NCBI GenBank assembly: GCA_021432655.1
Contig: MU271206.1
Span: 1-64,000, forward strand
Origin: Atractiella rhizophila
Lineage: Eukaryota
Direction: 5' to 3'
Length of the DNA: 64,000 nucleotides
Part shown: piece after piece, positions 38,955 to 51,859 of the stretch
Position numbering within the stretch: the first letter of the stretch is position 1
Layout of the letters: every line of letters starts with the position of its first letter
Notes under the pieces: generated by a model
Databases searched by the model: none
The model's input: only the letters and a program-made list of their open reading frames with translations
Told to the model about the DNA's origin: nothing
Program-made: the position numbers and the translations under genes

Positions 38955-41314
38955 AGAATGGAAGTTAAGCAACTCAAACGTTGTCCTTGGTTGAACTGCA
39001 TGCGTTCTCCACACTGCGCAACTGTCATCAAAACTTTCGTTGTTGACGCTCCAAGCTTTGATTTCGTGTCAACATCAAGAGATTCTCTTTCGTTATGTTA
39101 TCTCTGACAGGGAGAGACACCTAATGATGAGTGCACTATGTTCAAGCTCCTTGGAAGCTTGATTGTGTAGAAGCCAGGAGCATTTAACAACCTCATTTTC
39201 TCCCAAGAGTGACATTTCCCTTCTATCACAACAAAATAGCTAGAAAGCACGCACCTTGATCACTTCCTCATATCCATCAACAACCGTCCGCCTCACTCCC
39301 CTCCCCCTGACGTGTCTCCAAGCCCTCCCAAAGTAAATCCAAAGAAGATAATAGAACGTGACCTGCGCAATCAATCACGACACGCTCATCAACCCGGGCT
39401 TCAAGTATCACTCGAGAACGAAGAGAGAACATACAGACTTCGCGTTCTCCAAAGTAGCCAAAGACCTTATCAGAGTCTTGAGCGCGGTGCCCCTTCCACC
39501 ACCGACAGCGACTGCAGAAGCCATGCCTATTCGTTTGCAGATAATCAGCACCTGCGAGGTCAACACGACGCTTTATGCCTGAGAAGCTCGCGAACAGCAA
39601 GTCGTTCGGGCGCTCAAGAGTGCGAGCTGCGAGCTGGCGTGATGCTCCTTTCCATCAACCATGTCGGGTAAAAGGATGCCGGAACCCTAACCCTATAGAA
39701 TGACTGGAGAAGTCACATGAAAGAAGATAACGTGACAGCTTAGGAGACTTGGCACTTCGAGTCAGGAACGATTCGGTAACGATTCGAGTCAAGCTGTGAG
39801 AAATAAATACATGTTTGTGTTGACTATTTCCCTTGTCTTTGGGACGAGGAGGATGAAGGGATGCGTGATGTTTTGAGGACTTTCATTGGGAGTAGGCTAG
39901 TTTGAAATTGGGTACACGGGAAAGGATGCTAGCAATAATGCAACAGTTTCATTGAAATTGAAAGATTGCGCGGTGAGTTCAACTGGCTGATACCTGGTTT
40001 TTGAGCTTGATGGACGATTGATGGAGTCACCAATGATCGTGATTGTTCACAAGTACCCATGTAGCGGCTTTCTTGCCCATCGGAAGATGACCTTGCGCGA
40101 GTGCAGGTACTTACGTTTAGAGAATGCTAGAGGTTGAGGAGGAAAATCCAAAACTGGAAATCTCAATTACGCTTATTTCATTGTATGCCATGCAGTATAA
40201 CTTGCAGTGAAAGAGACGTTATCTTGGAGTGTATTGTAATCCTAGGTGCAGGGAACCGCCATCCACTGCGACGTAAATTTGAGAGACGAAGGGAGAACGC
40301 ATCACTCTTTATCATCCATTGCGTTGCTTCTTGTTCGGAATCCACTTCGTAGAGGAGGACGGTCGTTCCTCGTGGAAGTGTGGCTCTCTAACCTTGGAGC
40401 TGCTTTTTTTGCTGCTCCTAGAAAGGAATTCATTATCAGCTGCTCACATCCCACTTTCGTCGGAGCTATCTCACGAGGCAGGCTTTCAAACCTTTCTTAC
40501 TCAACTTACGCCCTTCTCAAATTAGCAAATTAGCTGTCCTTCGCAACGAGATCTTAACCCGCTGAAGAGGGGACAGTGCATCTGTCTCCATATTGCTCCT
40601 CGTGGCGCCAGATTGCGTAAAGAAAGAAAGGAGGGATGCCTTTGTGTTGCTTGTTTTAGGCCACAGCTATCAGGGTGATAAGAACAGTTGGCAGTCGTGA
40701 GACCGTAGAAGCGAGGAGTGAACACGGAACACGGTGGCTACCAGATTGTTCCCGACGCGGACAACGGTCCGTTTGTTCTCCAGACTTATGCCCAGCTATG
40801 CCTCTCTTCTTCCATTGACAGTTAGCGCGCATCCTTGCATCCAAGTGTGAGGTTTACCGCAATCATCCAGATGACTGAAGACCCGTCGTGAAGTAAGTGC
40901 CATGAACAGAGCTGGTTTGAGCTATTGATTTATTGTGTTGAAAAGGCCAACCAGTTGGTAAATTCGTCCGAATCTGTGTTGCTCTTGTGAACTGCTTGTT
41001 GCCGAAAAAAACTAGCCAAGGGATTGCAACTTGACTATTTATAGCGCGATGCACCTAAACTCCCAACTCTCTTCACTCTTGAGTAACGCTGCCAATATTA
41101 TCCCCGATCCAATACGTGGCTCCTCCTAACTTTCGCCCCGAGAATTGCAGATCTGTACACTGGTGCGATGCCGCAATGATCCCTGCTGCACGAGGACGAT
41201 AAGCCGGAGACTAATAGAACTGTTTATAAATATCACATCTCCTTTCCTGATAAATCTGGTTTGAAGGAAAGCGCAAGCTAGCCCCAATCATTGTGTTGGC
41301 CAGAGAAAGTCGAG

Positions 41315-44300
41315 ATGTCGATTGAGAAAGATATCCCCATCGACGACGCAGACGTCAAGGACCTCCATGGTAGCAGGGACGAGAAAGGATTAGAGGCCTT
41401 AGATGTGGCGGCCCTCCCTTCGCAGGTCGTGTTGGCAGACGACCTGGAATATGCTGCTGAGCATGTGAAGGACTTCGACTACGAAGAGGCGAGAGATATC
41501 CTGAAGAGAACTATCGCGGACAACGAGCTCGATCCCAAGTGCGTTCTTCCATTTCCCTTGCTACGATACAAAATCTGATTACGCCGGACAGCTTCCCTCA
41601 ACCAGTTCGTACTTGACGTGCTTGTCGTGCACTACGGCTGATAGTGTTAACGCAGTTGCTACAACGAGCAAGACAGGCGCTTAGCGCCCATGATCTCTCC
41701 CCTGAGGAGACGAAGGCCGTTGTCGAGGAGATCAAGATTCAGGTCGCACTGATGGATGACTCTCCTTACCCTGAAGTTCGAGGTGCGCGCAATGTAATCT
41801 GCTTCAGTCCTAGTGCTCAATCTCGGGCACAGCTGTGGTTGCCAATAGCGATGATCCTACTCTCCCTACGAACACCTTCCGTGTGTGGTTCATGGTAGGT
41901 TTATCGCTTCACTGAGAGACCATGGCTTTACCGAGGTGATCAGGTCTTCATCTTCTCTACCATCGGAACAGGTATCAATACCTTCTTCGCCGTAAGACGC
42001 TTCTTCCATCAAAATCAAGCAATATTGGTGTTTTAACACGTGATTATAGGCTCGTTACCCGACCATCAGTGTCGGAGTATTTTCTGCACAGTTGCTTGCC
42101 TACCCGCTAGGAAAGGCGATGGAAAAGTGGCTACCTACGACCAAGTTTAACATTTTCGGACACGAATGCTCTCTCAACCCTGGACCTTTCAATCACAAGG
42201 AGCACATGCTCTTGACTATCGGGGCCAATGTTTCTTTTGGACGTACGTACCCCTCCTCTCTCAATTGTCTTTTGCTCACAGAAGAACAGAGGTCTATGTG
42301 TATGTTTAGACAGCCAGCTCTGATCGGCTTGCTGATTTCAGAACAGAACGGATATTTTCCTTGTTCAGCGGCTACCGAGGTTTTTCAATGACAACAAGAC
42401 TGGATCCAAAGCTGGCTACCAAATCCTTTGCGGCCTCAGCACCCAGCTCATGGGTTACGCCGTGGCTGGTTTGAGCAGACGTTTCTTGGTTTACCCACCA
42501 AGGTTCGAGCTTCTTTTCCCTACATGGCCGCAGAAACTGAAAATACCTATAGCATGATTTGGTACAGCAATCTTGCACAGATTGTAACTTCTCTCCCTTC
42601 TTTTAACCACCCATTGCTAACCTAGCCACAGGCTCTGAACAAGACGTTCCACACCGCCAAGAACCCCGTCGTCAATGGCTGGAAAATCAGCCCATACAGC
42701 TTCTTCTTGGTGGCGTTCTTCGCTTAGTGAGTAGCAAACTATCACTGGTATACCTCTCCTAAACGGCATCCTCCACAGCGGAATCTACTTCATTCTTCCC
42801 GACGTCTTTTTCGCCGGATTGTCTCAGTTCAACTGGCCTACTTGGTTCGCGAAAGACAACGTCAACTTGAGCGTTTGGTTGGGAAGCGCAGGAGGAGCAA
42901 ATGTAAGTCTTGAATAAGTTTTACCCTGAGATGGACTCTGACGCACGCCTAAAGGGGCTCGGGTTAAATCCCTTCCCTACCTTCGATTGGAACTGGCTCG
43001 GGATGGACCCTAGTGAGTTCCTGTTACACTTCCAATTTGGACTGCCCTAATTTACTACTTTGTTCAGTCGTTACTCCACTCTTTAGTGTAAACATCTTCG
43101 CTGGATTGTGCTTAATTGCTAACGCAGTCGTGTAGTACATTAACACTGTCGCTGGAATGGTCGTTTTGGGTCTTCCGACCATTGCTGGTGGTAAGTCTTT
43201 TTCACCCGACCATGCATGCACGCCTCTAATCGGACAAACAGTGTGGTATACTAACACCTGGGAGACTGGGTATGCAAGCTATTCGCAAAAAGGGACAAAT
43301 CTGACAAAGCACTGTATTAAAGCTACTTGCCACCTAATTCCAACACTCTGTTCGATCGTAGGCTCTTCATCCCCGCTCTGAAAAGGAATCTTATCATTGG
43401 AATAGGTTATGGCAACGCGTACAACGTGTCGCGCATCCTCAACGCTCAGAAAGGTTCGCCGCTTCATATCATCTGGTAGATCCATCTGAGGGTGAAATTG
43501 TTCAGAATTCGACCCAGACGCTTACAACAACTACTCTCCGGGTAAGGTTCCTCTGCTTCATATACAACTTTTCCTTAAAGTGCCGTGTAGCTTACTGGGG
43601 AGCGGCCAACGTTTTGGTTTGTCGTCTCTTGTTAGTCGAAGGCTTCACCTCAACGTCGCTTCTAGATCTACTTCTGGTTCTTTGCCTTCTACACTGCTAG
43701 CATGGTACACGCTGGATTGTATCATTGGAAATCTGTACGGGATGGATTCCGGGCAATGAAGGACTGGAGAAACCCTCAGACCGGTTATAATGATCTTCAC
43801 AATCGTTTGATGCGAGCCTACCCAGAAGTTCCAGAATGGTAAGTTGGTATGTCCTCCAGCGGTTTGTGCCTTGACCTTGTTGGCTCTTGGAAAGGTGGTT
43901 CGCCAGTGTCGGTGTTGTTTCCATTACTTTTGGGATCATCTTCAACGAAGTCTACAACACTGGATTCCCCATCTGGGCCATCTTTTTCTGCTTGGTTCTC
44001 GCTTTCGTCTTTGTGATCCCCGCTGGAATGATCGTCGCGCAATCTAACATTCTGCTCTCGCTGAACGTGATCTCTGAGCTTATTGGAGGTTTCGCCCTTC
44101 CTGGTCAGTCGGATCCATTGAAACGTCGTCTACTCAGGTGCTAACTTGACAATCAGGCAAACCGTTGGCCAATATGCTGTTCAAGTCTTACGGTTTACTC
44201 GTTACGGACCAAGCTCTCACTTATGCGGCAGATCTGAAGCTCGGACATTACCTCAAGATCAACCCTCGCCATCAGTTCTGGGTGCAAACGATCGCAACCG

Positions 44301-45135
44301 TATGGGCGACTTTCGTCTCCATTGCCGTTATCGATTGGCAAATCGGAAATATCCACGACCTCTGCAGCAATGATCAAAAGAACCATTTCTACTGCTACGG
44401 ATACCGAACTTTCTTCTCTGCCGCCGTCATTTGGGGAGTAATGTACGTTCACATGTCACATGTTTTTTTTGCATTGTTACTCACAAACGTTGGTTGTATC
44501 CAGTGGTCCAAGGAGGATCTACGGCAGTGGTGGAATCTACCATTCTTGCACCTATGGTTTCCTTCTTGGTGCTCTCATCCCGATTCCGTTCTACCTTTTG
44601 GCGAGGAGGTACCCCAACAGCTGGGTCAAATACATTCACACGCCCGTCCTCATGTCCGCCCCGATTGGCTTTGCCCCCACCAACCTCAGCCAATACCTTC
44701 CTGGATTATATATATGCTTCCTCTTCAACTCTTACATCAAGAAGCGCTTCCTGCCATGGTGGAGCAAGGTCTGTCTTTTCTGGTTTGTCTGGTTTGTAAG
44801 AGACCTGACACGATCTGTCAACAGTACGCTTACGTTCTAGCTACTGCTCTGTCAACAGCTATCGGTATCTTTGGTGTCATTTACTTCTTTGCCCTCCAAT
44901 TCCCAAGCGGCCTCGACTTCTCTTGGTACGATTCCTCTTTCCCTTCCAACATGTCTAATCTATTTTACCAAGGTGGGGTAACGACTTCCCATACGAAGGA
45001 TGTGACGCCAATGGTTGCGGAAGGCTCACGATTCCTGATGAGGGGTAAGCGACGCCACGCCCTAACCGCATTACCACAAGCTGATGATAACCCGATATTA
45101 GATTTGGACCTGCTGTCGGCGAATTCCATGCATAA
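41315..45135 (+). CDS. OPT-family oligopeptide transporter, >20 short introns
   Basis: DDSPYPEVR, SLNPGPFNHKEH, RLMRAYPEVPEWW, ADLKLGHYLKINPR, FFSAAVIWG. Stop TAA at 45133-45135. Confidence 0.95.
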
Positions 45136-45342
45136 ACTACTTATTATGAGGATCTGTATGCGGCATAATGTATACCTTTGGTGATTGCACGTGCAATTGT
45201 ATTGTCTCCTTCTCTTCAAATTGCGACGTTAGGTGACGAACCGAGGGGTGCATGGTGATACATATTGTTGCATGGAAGTATGCCATACAACACTCAGTCA
45301 GGACACAAGGAATAAATATGTGCCAACAGCATGCAAGGGAAG

Positions 45343-46715
45343 TCACCCAGCCCCAAATCCGCCAAACGCATTATTCCTCCGTTGTGTGTTTTTGATCAAT
45401 CTTTGCTTCAGCTCATTCACGCTCTGATCTTTTTTCATCTTTCTCCTTTTCTCCAGAACATCCAGCGCGCCAGTACTGGGCGCCTTTTCCTTCTTTGCCT
45501 TTACCATTGACATGGACTGGTGAGGTAGATGTTGCTTCAGGAGAGAGGCATCGTCTAAAGTTTGGTTCGCCGTTGTTGAACGGGAGGAGGAGGACGAGGC
45601 AGAAAGGCGTCGCTTTGCTGGAGGGAACTCTGCGGTCGAAGTCGACGATGACAGCTTCCTTTTGGCTATGCGTGTCACATCAGCGAAGTTCCGTCCAGTA
45701 CCCAACTCCATCTCTACCACCCTATTCCGCTCTCTTTCCTCCCTCAGCCTTTCCCACATCGCGCCGTCCTCGCGATCCCTCTGCTCACTTCTCTTCCTCT
45801 CTTCCTCTTCCTCCTCTCGCTCCCCTTCAAACTCAACACCAACACGCTTCTCCCATCGCTCCCTCTTCCCCTCCAACTTCAAATCGTCCCTCAGACCAAA
45901 TCGTTCTCTCACTTCCTCATCCTCCCCATCCTTCTCTATGCTCTCCTTCTTCACCTCACGAAACGCCTTCCTCAGCTTCACGTTGAGCAAATACGGGTCT
46001 TCCCATGTGCCTTCGTTCAAACTTTCCAATCTTGACAAGCGCTCCTTCTGCCCCATAGCCACACGTTTGTCCGCCTCTTTCTTCTCCAGACTCTGGAACG
46101 CATCCAATGGGTGCTTCGTCGCGTCCATCTCGATAGGCGCGAAGCCGCCATTGCCGTCTGCTGAGGGGTCCCATTCCTCGTTCTTCTGACGCGCACCTTC
46201 GTGTACGACATATCTTGTGTTCTGTGTGGCACGAACAAAACAAATGAGTACACGGGGAGAAGGAGGAAATACAGTAAGGGGATTGGAGGAAGTACAGACC
46301 TGTGGATCGGTACGGATTTCGAACCAATGTGAACAGAGGTGGCATTTGCATCTGAAGGCGTAAATCGGCGTGGAATAATACATTCCAACTTTTTTCTTTT
46401 CTGCGTTGTAACGCACTCCCATGCCTATATGGGCATCGCAACCACCACTAAATGCACGAGCGGTGCATCACCCTTCCAGCAATACTACGTTTACGAAGGA
46501 CATACCACCAGATGTTGAATGGAAGCTCAAACCGCGTTATCAGTACGCCTTGATTGAGTTTCCGCGCTCGATCTCCTAAGGCATGGACTCCTCGGTAGGA
46601 GTTGAGGGAGGAATTTTTGGAAGGATCATACTATCACAAGCTTACTGTCAGTTCTGCTTGTTAATAGGAGGAAAAGAGTCACGTCTGGAGGATAGTATTT
46701 GTTAAATCCTTGCAT
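45343..46715 (-). CDS. CCDC130: CWC16/YJU2-family splicing factor, CCDC130 (YJU2B/Saf4) type
   Basis: MQGFNKYYPPDYDP (ATG 46715), RFELPFNIWCGGCDAHIGMGVRYNAEKKKVG, CKCHLC..FEIRTDPQNTRY. Confidence 0.9.
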
Positions 46716-46835
46716 CCTGTCACAGCTTAGGTAGAATAGACGACAGCAAAGGATCGAGAGAAGCTGAGAAGGATCAGAGCTCTTCGGTTAGTGGCAAGAT
46801 TGTCGTTTCTTACGGACCCGAAATATACAGTAACC

Positions 46836-48118
46836 TTAGTGTTGTAGTGTTGTCATCCCCAAACTAATCATGACGTCTTCCTGACTTTCTTTCATCTTCC
46901 TCCTGACTTTCACAGCGACTTTCAGACGTCTCAATACATTATTGTTCAAAACTGGGCAACTTTTATGTCCGCATGAAGGTTGCACTAGTGAACGGCACAT
47001 CATATTCACTGTAAAGGGACAGGATGGTACACTTGGGCGGCGCGTCTTTGTCAGTTGTTCTGCTTCCACCGAAGGCCATCTCTTTCATTGGCGGCGCTTA
47101 ATGCAGCCTTCCTTTTGGGAACTGCTTTCCCTCTTTCGTACGTCCTATCCAGAGGTTGGAAAACCTTCTATGACAGAACAAACTGAATGGCATTGTCCAT
47201 TAACCCTTCAAGCTTGAGGCTTCGGGCAACCTGCAGCCCACCTTAAAGCTTTTCAGTGATCAGTGAGCTTGAGAGGTATGCCGCTGTCTAAAATCCGTCA
47301 TCAAGGGCATCAACACCTCCCGGATTACGGATGTTGTGGTCCGCTCTCCTCCGCTTCAAAGGACCTGCCGTAATGGAAGTCAGCACCGTGACAAATCCCA
47401 GCGTTTGGAAAGTCTGGGGTAATTGCATACCGCAACCCTGATTTGTTTGTAACAGCCTTCCCTTCGTCACATTCATGCCATGAGATTTATCAGGTGGTTT
47501 AAACGTAGCAGACGTAGCCGAGCTGGTCATGATACGGACTAGTTTGGTCCTAGCCGGGAAGAGGTCTTGAGGTGTGAATGAGCTTCCTCGTTAGTGGATC
47601 TGTAGGCATGTTATCTCCTTCCATCCGGCGGCGCAAACGGAAGGGTATATAGCTACGTATTCAGTTTTCTTTTCTTTCCAAGCTTCCAACCTGGTTGCTG
47701 TGACTTACGCTAGATCAGCCTCCCTGACCCTTCCTAAGGCCGTCAATTGGGTACCTTCAGCCTCTCAGATCTGAGCTTTGAGCTTGTGGCCCTCCGAGCT
47801 CGCCTACAGGAAAGCATTACATCTCCTCCCCGTGCCGCTGGAACGCGCTCTAGCCCGGGCCTCCGAGCTCGCCTTCTTGTTTTTAAAGCTTGACCGTTGT
47901 CCTGTTCCCTTTTCTTTCCTTTCAGACGATTGCAAACTTGTTATAACAAAACTACTACTTCTTGGACCCAATCCACCTTTGACAGTTCTTCTTGGAGTGA
48001 ACCATATACGTTGATGACAGCAGTCAGGGATCGCTACTTCGGCTTCAAAGGTTCGCATTTTTCGATGTGCCAGTGAGTGGAGACTGAGTATGCGTAATCG
48101 GGACGGCAGACATCTCAC
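46836..48118 (-). pseudogene. Possible decayed gene or element remnant
   Basis: Protein-like reading (KKASSEARARA..AFL*ASSEGHKLKAQI*EAEG..) interrupted by TAG/TGA, followed by a GTAAGT donor. Only fragmentary ORFs remain. Confidence 0.3.
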
Positions 48119-48454
48119 AATTCACGTCTGAGATCGTTTACTCGCTCTTCGACTTCCCACGACCACCGCGAAAGACTTTGTTCTCAAAAGCTGCTCCACC
48201 AACAAAGGTCGTGCCGCCTCTCCCCGACTTCCTCGTACGCTTCAATCTAAACAACGTTTGATCCTGAACCTCATCGTCTATAGGCGTATATTCTCTTGAG
48301 GACAGCTCTCCCAAATTCGACAGTTTACCACGCACTCCATCTCCTTGGACGCCTTTCCTTCGCTCATACCCCATTTCCCTCGACACCCATTCCCCCACAA
48401 ACGCTCCCTCACTTTCTCCTCCTCTGTTCACTCAACCTTGCAACAACATATAGC

Positions 48455-48961
48455 ATGGATAACTCTTACGCGACTGACAGTTGGTCCATCGCGTCTCGTT
48501 CCCTCTTCACCGTCTCCCAAATCGATGACGGAATCTTATGGATGCTCTCCAAACTCGATTGGGTGTTACGGATACCGGCGACTCGAGACGAGGAGATGGA
48601 CGTGTTGGAAAAGGCAGAGGATCTGATGGAGGTCGCAGAGAAGTGGGAGGAGGCGTTCGTCGAATGGAAATGCCATCCGATCGACCATCATGATCGTCTG
48701 GAGCATCCAAACTTCTCAAATTCCTCACCGTCGAATCGGAAACGAATGTCAAGTCTGGCACCACCACCGCCGTATTCTGACCCGACTTTCGTGCCTTTCG
48801 ATAACTCGAACCTCTCACGCGATTCGACCCTTTCTTCGTCGGAGGACTCGAATAGCTGTGATGATGATCTCCTACATACGACTGTGAGGGCGGTCAAAAG
48901 ATTGAGTCGGAATCTGAGTACCTTTGCTCATCGGCGGCAGACAACGTCGATAGAGCATTGA
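48455..48961 (+). CDS. Small hypothetical protein with PPxY motif
   Basis: ATG 48455 (MDNSYATDSW), intronless, helical N-terminal half, APPPPYS, Ser-rich tail. Confidence 0.55.
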   Translation: MDNSYATDSWSIASRSLFTVSQIDDGILWMLSKLDWVLRIPATRDEEMDVLEKAEDLMEVAEKWEEAFVEWKCHPIDHHDRLEHPNFSNSSPSNRKRMSSLAPPPPYSDPTFVPFDNSNLSRDSTLSSSEDSNSCDDDLLHTTVRAVKRLSRNLSTFAHRRQTTSIEH

Positions 48962-51859
48962 TCAGATTCTTACGTTAATGTTCTCGCCCTCATTTTGTTG
49001 CATGGAGTAGGTCTTTTCACTGGATAAGTTATACGTTTGGACTTGGTTCCCGTCCGAGGAATTTCATCATGACATGATCATTGATTGCATATTGATGGGT
49101 TGTATTTCTTACTGAAGTCTTTGTCCCCACTCACTTTATTTCTGCACTTGTAGTTTGACGAGTTATGCAATTGTCCGCCACATTCATATTTATATTGGTG
49201 CCCTACCATGTCTTTCGCTACTTTAATTTGAAAGAGGATGGCCTAGGCGGATGATTTTTCCAAGCTTCCATGTTAGCCAACCTGGGTAAGACCTTGGGCC
49301 CTGCTTGCGCGATCTTCATCATCCTTCTGGAGGGAACGATGGAGTAAATCAAGCACACACTTGCATTGCAGTAGCCGATAACGCCCAAAGTCAGCCGAAG
49401 GAGTGAAAAGAAGAGGAATGCGTCGTGGCAGGTTAGAAGTGTTCCTTCAGGTTCCCCTTCCTAGCAATTTGGTTCGTAATCCATGGATCAAAACTTCATT
49501 CTTGTAAAACCATTGACTCTTTTACAGTCTGCAGGCCAACCTACTCGCAACGGTTGACTAGGTCTTTCTTTGTAAAAGCTGCAAAAGCACCAACCCAGAA
49601 GGGGAAATAAAGTAAGTATCCGGAGTGTTACATTGCATGTACGTGCTTAAACCAAAAGTGCTCTTGCCCCGTCTTGGCCAATTCCTCAATGAACCTGACA
49701 AACCTTCATGTCTTGTCAAACCATCTACCCGCGGTTCGGAATGCAGAGGCGACAGAACAGATTTCCAAGGGTAATCAACCTTCCGCCAGTCTCCCGCTCT
49801 GCTGCCCGCCTTCCCCGACTCAATGCCCACCCAAGCAGTACGGCCCCTTCTCGCCCATCAGGTTACCGTAGCAAGCCTCTCAGCCGTTCATAGACCTTGG
49901 GTTTCTACCGTAGGAGAACCGGCGGACAACCCACCGTCGCGAGACACGCGCGAACTGATGCCTTTGGCTGGTTTTGCATTTGTTGTGATGCTGTCCTAGG
50001 GTTGCGTGGCCTTCGTTGATTACAGGACATAGCCGGACTGATTGCGTGGTTGGTGGAAACGCGTCGATATAAGACTTGCAACGTTTCGTCAAGATTGGCT
50101 GGTGGAAGAGAATCATTTGAAAGCCGCTTTACCGGACGCATTTCAAGTCCTCTCGCCTCTCCATAAAAACAATCCCACGTAAAGCGCGTCTTACAAAGAA
50201 TACTAGTAAGTCCCTTCGCTGGGTTTCCCAACGTTTATTGATTTCCCTTCATTGCAAGTCGGCCAAAGGAAGGTGCAACACGGACAACGGGCAGAGAGCG
50301 AGGGAAGAACAACTGAGCAAACCGGTGTGTTCCCGCGGTCCATCTTCTTATAAAGCATCTTCTTATCCCTGTGTTATGAATTCTCCCTCGAGAATTGTTA
50401 GGACTCCTCCATATCAACGCTTTTCGAGAAAACACAAGACGAGCATAGCACCACTGTTCTGGGATAACAGTTTTCAGCCCCAAAATAAAGTTCATCAATC
50501 GGCGGCCCGACGCCCGACTTCACCCTAGATAGCCACAATGAAGGACAAACAACCTTGCCATCATCATCGACCACCAAAGTCTGCGTTAGACTTAACTCCT
50601 ATCACAAGCGCTACAACCGTCACCAAACGACATTCACATCATTTCTTTGGCAGGCCACACGTGAAAAAGCCTGTTGAAGACGACGGGAGGGAAACCTACA
50701 GAGTCAATCGAGACACGGTTTGGGATTTCAGATCAGAGGTTGGAGCTGGGATTTCAGACCAGGCTGAGGAGGGTACGTTATCCCCTTGAACCGCTTCGAG
50801 GGCAATATTGGATGAGTCTTTTAAAAACAAGAGTGTCTTGTGTTTCACAAGTGATGCTACGGCGCAATTTTGAAGCGCGATGTGCAAATTTCGTGGTGTT
50901 GTTACTCATGGGGCACGGAAGGACCAGTTTTGTTGTCGTCTTCCCTGCAACCGTCGAGATTCATGATTATTGTTAATTTTTCCAGTTGCTCGATAGAACA
51001 GCAGAATACATGCAGTACCTTCATGTCGCCGCTAGCCGTCCACGGCATTAACGGCCGACCTTTGCTATGGACCTTCCTGTTAGGTCGGGAAGCGCTGCTT
51101 TGTGATATGATTCTTACTTATTAATTTAACCTACTCCATTGCTAGCGTCATAATAACCCACAATATTCCATCCGATGCTCAACAAATTTATCGGAATTGT
51201 CTTTGGTTTCATTCTCGGAAACAAGTGAAAGTGAAAATATCGCGAAATTGTCGTATTATGACCAATTTCACAATATTGCGGTCGTAATGCTACGACTTTT
51301 ATCATTGTTGTGGTTCCTTTGTAGTTGAGACAAAGTGTTGTTGATTGCCTTTGTATTCCACACCGTTTTGTCTGTTGAGTCTGTTGTTAGACATCTGAGG
51401 ACTATAAAATGATGGCAGTAACCAACAATCAGTAGTGTCTGACCGTTGCTAACCCCCTTTTCTGAGAAATCAGGAACAACGATTACGTATCCGACGCTCA
51501 CCCTTCCAAATCCCGATCCTTGGACCTCATCTTCCGCCTCGCGCACCACAAGCGGCACTCATACGTCTTCTGGGACCCATCATTCACATCCACATTCAGC
51601 ACGGCACGAACTTGGTTCGTCTACAACTCGTGTTTCACGTACAGTAAACACCCAGCCCAATTCGCCTTCGAGCCACCAGAGCCACGGGCAAGGAAACAGG
51701 AACACCGCTTCGAGGTCCCTACAGAATAGACGGAGCGAAGGGTCCCTTGGAAACTCGTATCCGAACGCCAGTTCAAGGTCTCCCTTTCCGTGGGAACAAA
51801 GGGCAATTCCATTTTACAGGGCGTCTTCTGCGTCGTCGTCATATTCAAGCGATATCAAC

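Noticed and set aside
39121..39312. Box C-like AATGATGA with a downstream CTGA
   Set aside because: No terminal stem or recognisable rRNA antisense element; spacing is too long.
39277..39671. Overlapping ~100-aa ORFs in the DPL1 upstream region
   Set aside because: No ATG-led coherent model or known motif; probably non-coding or a remnant.
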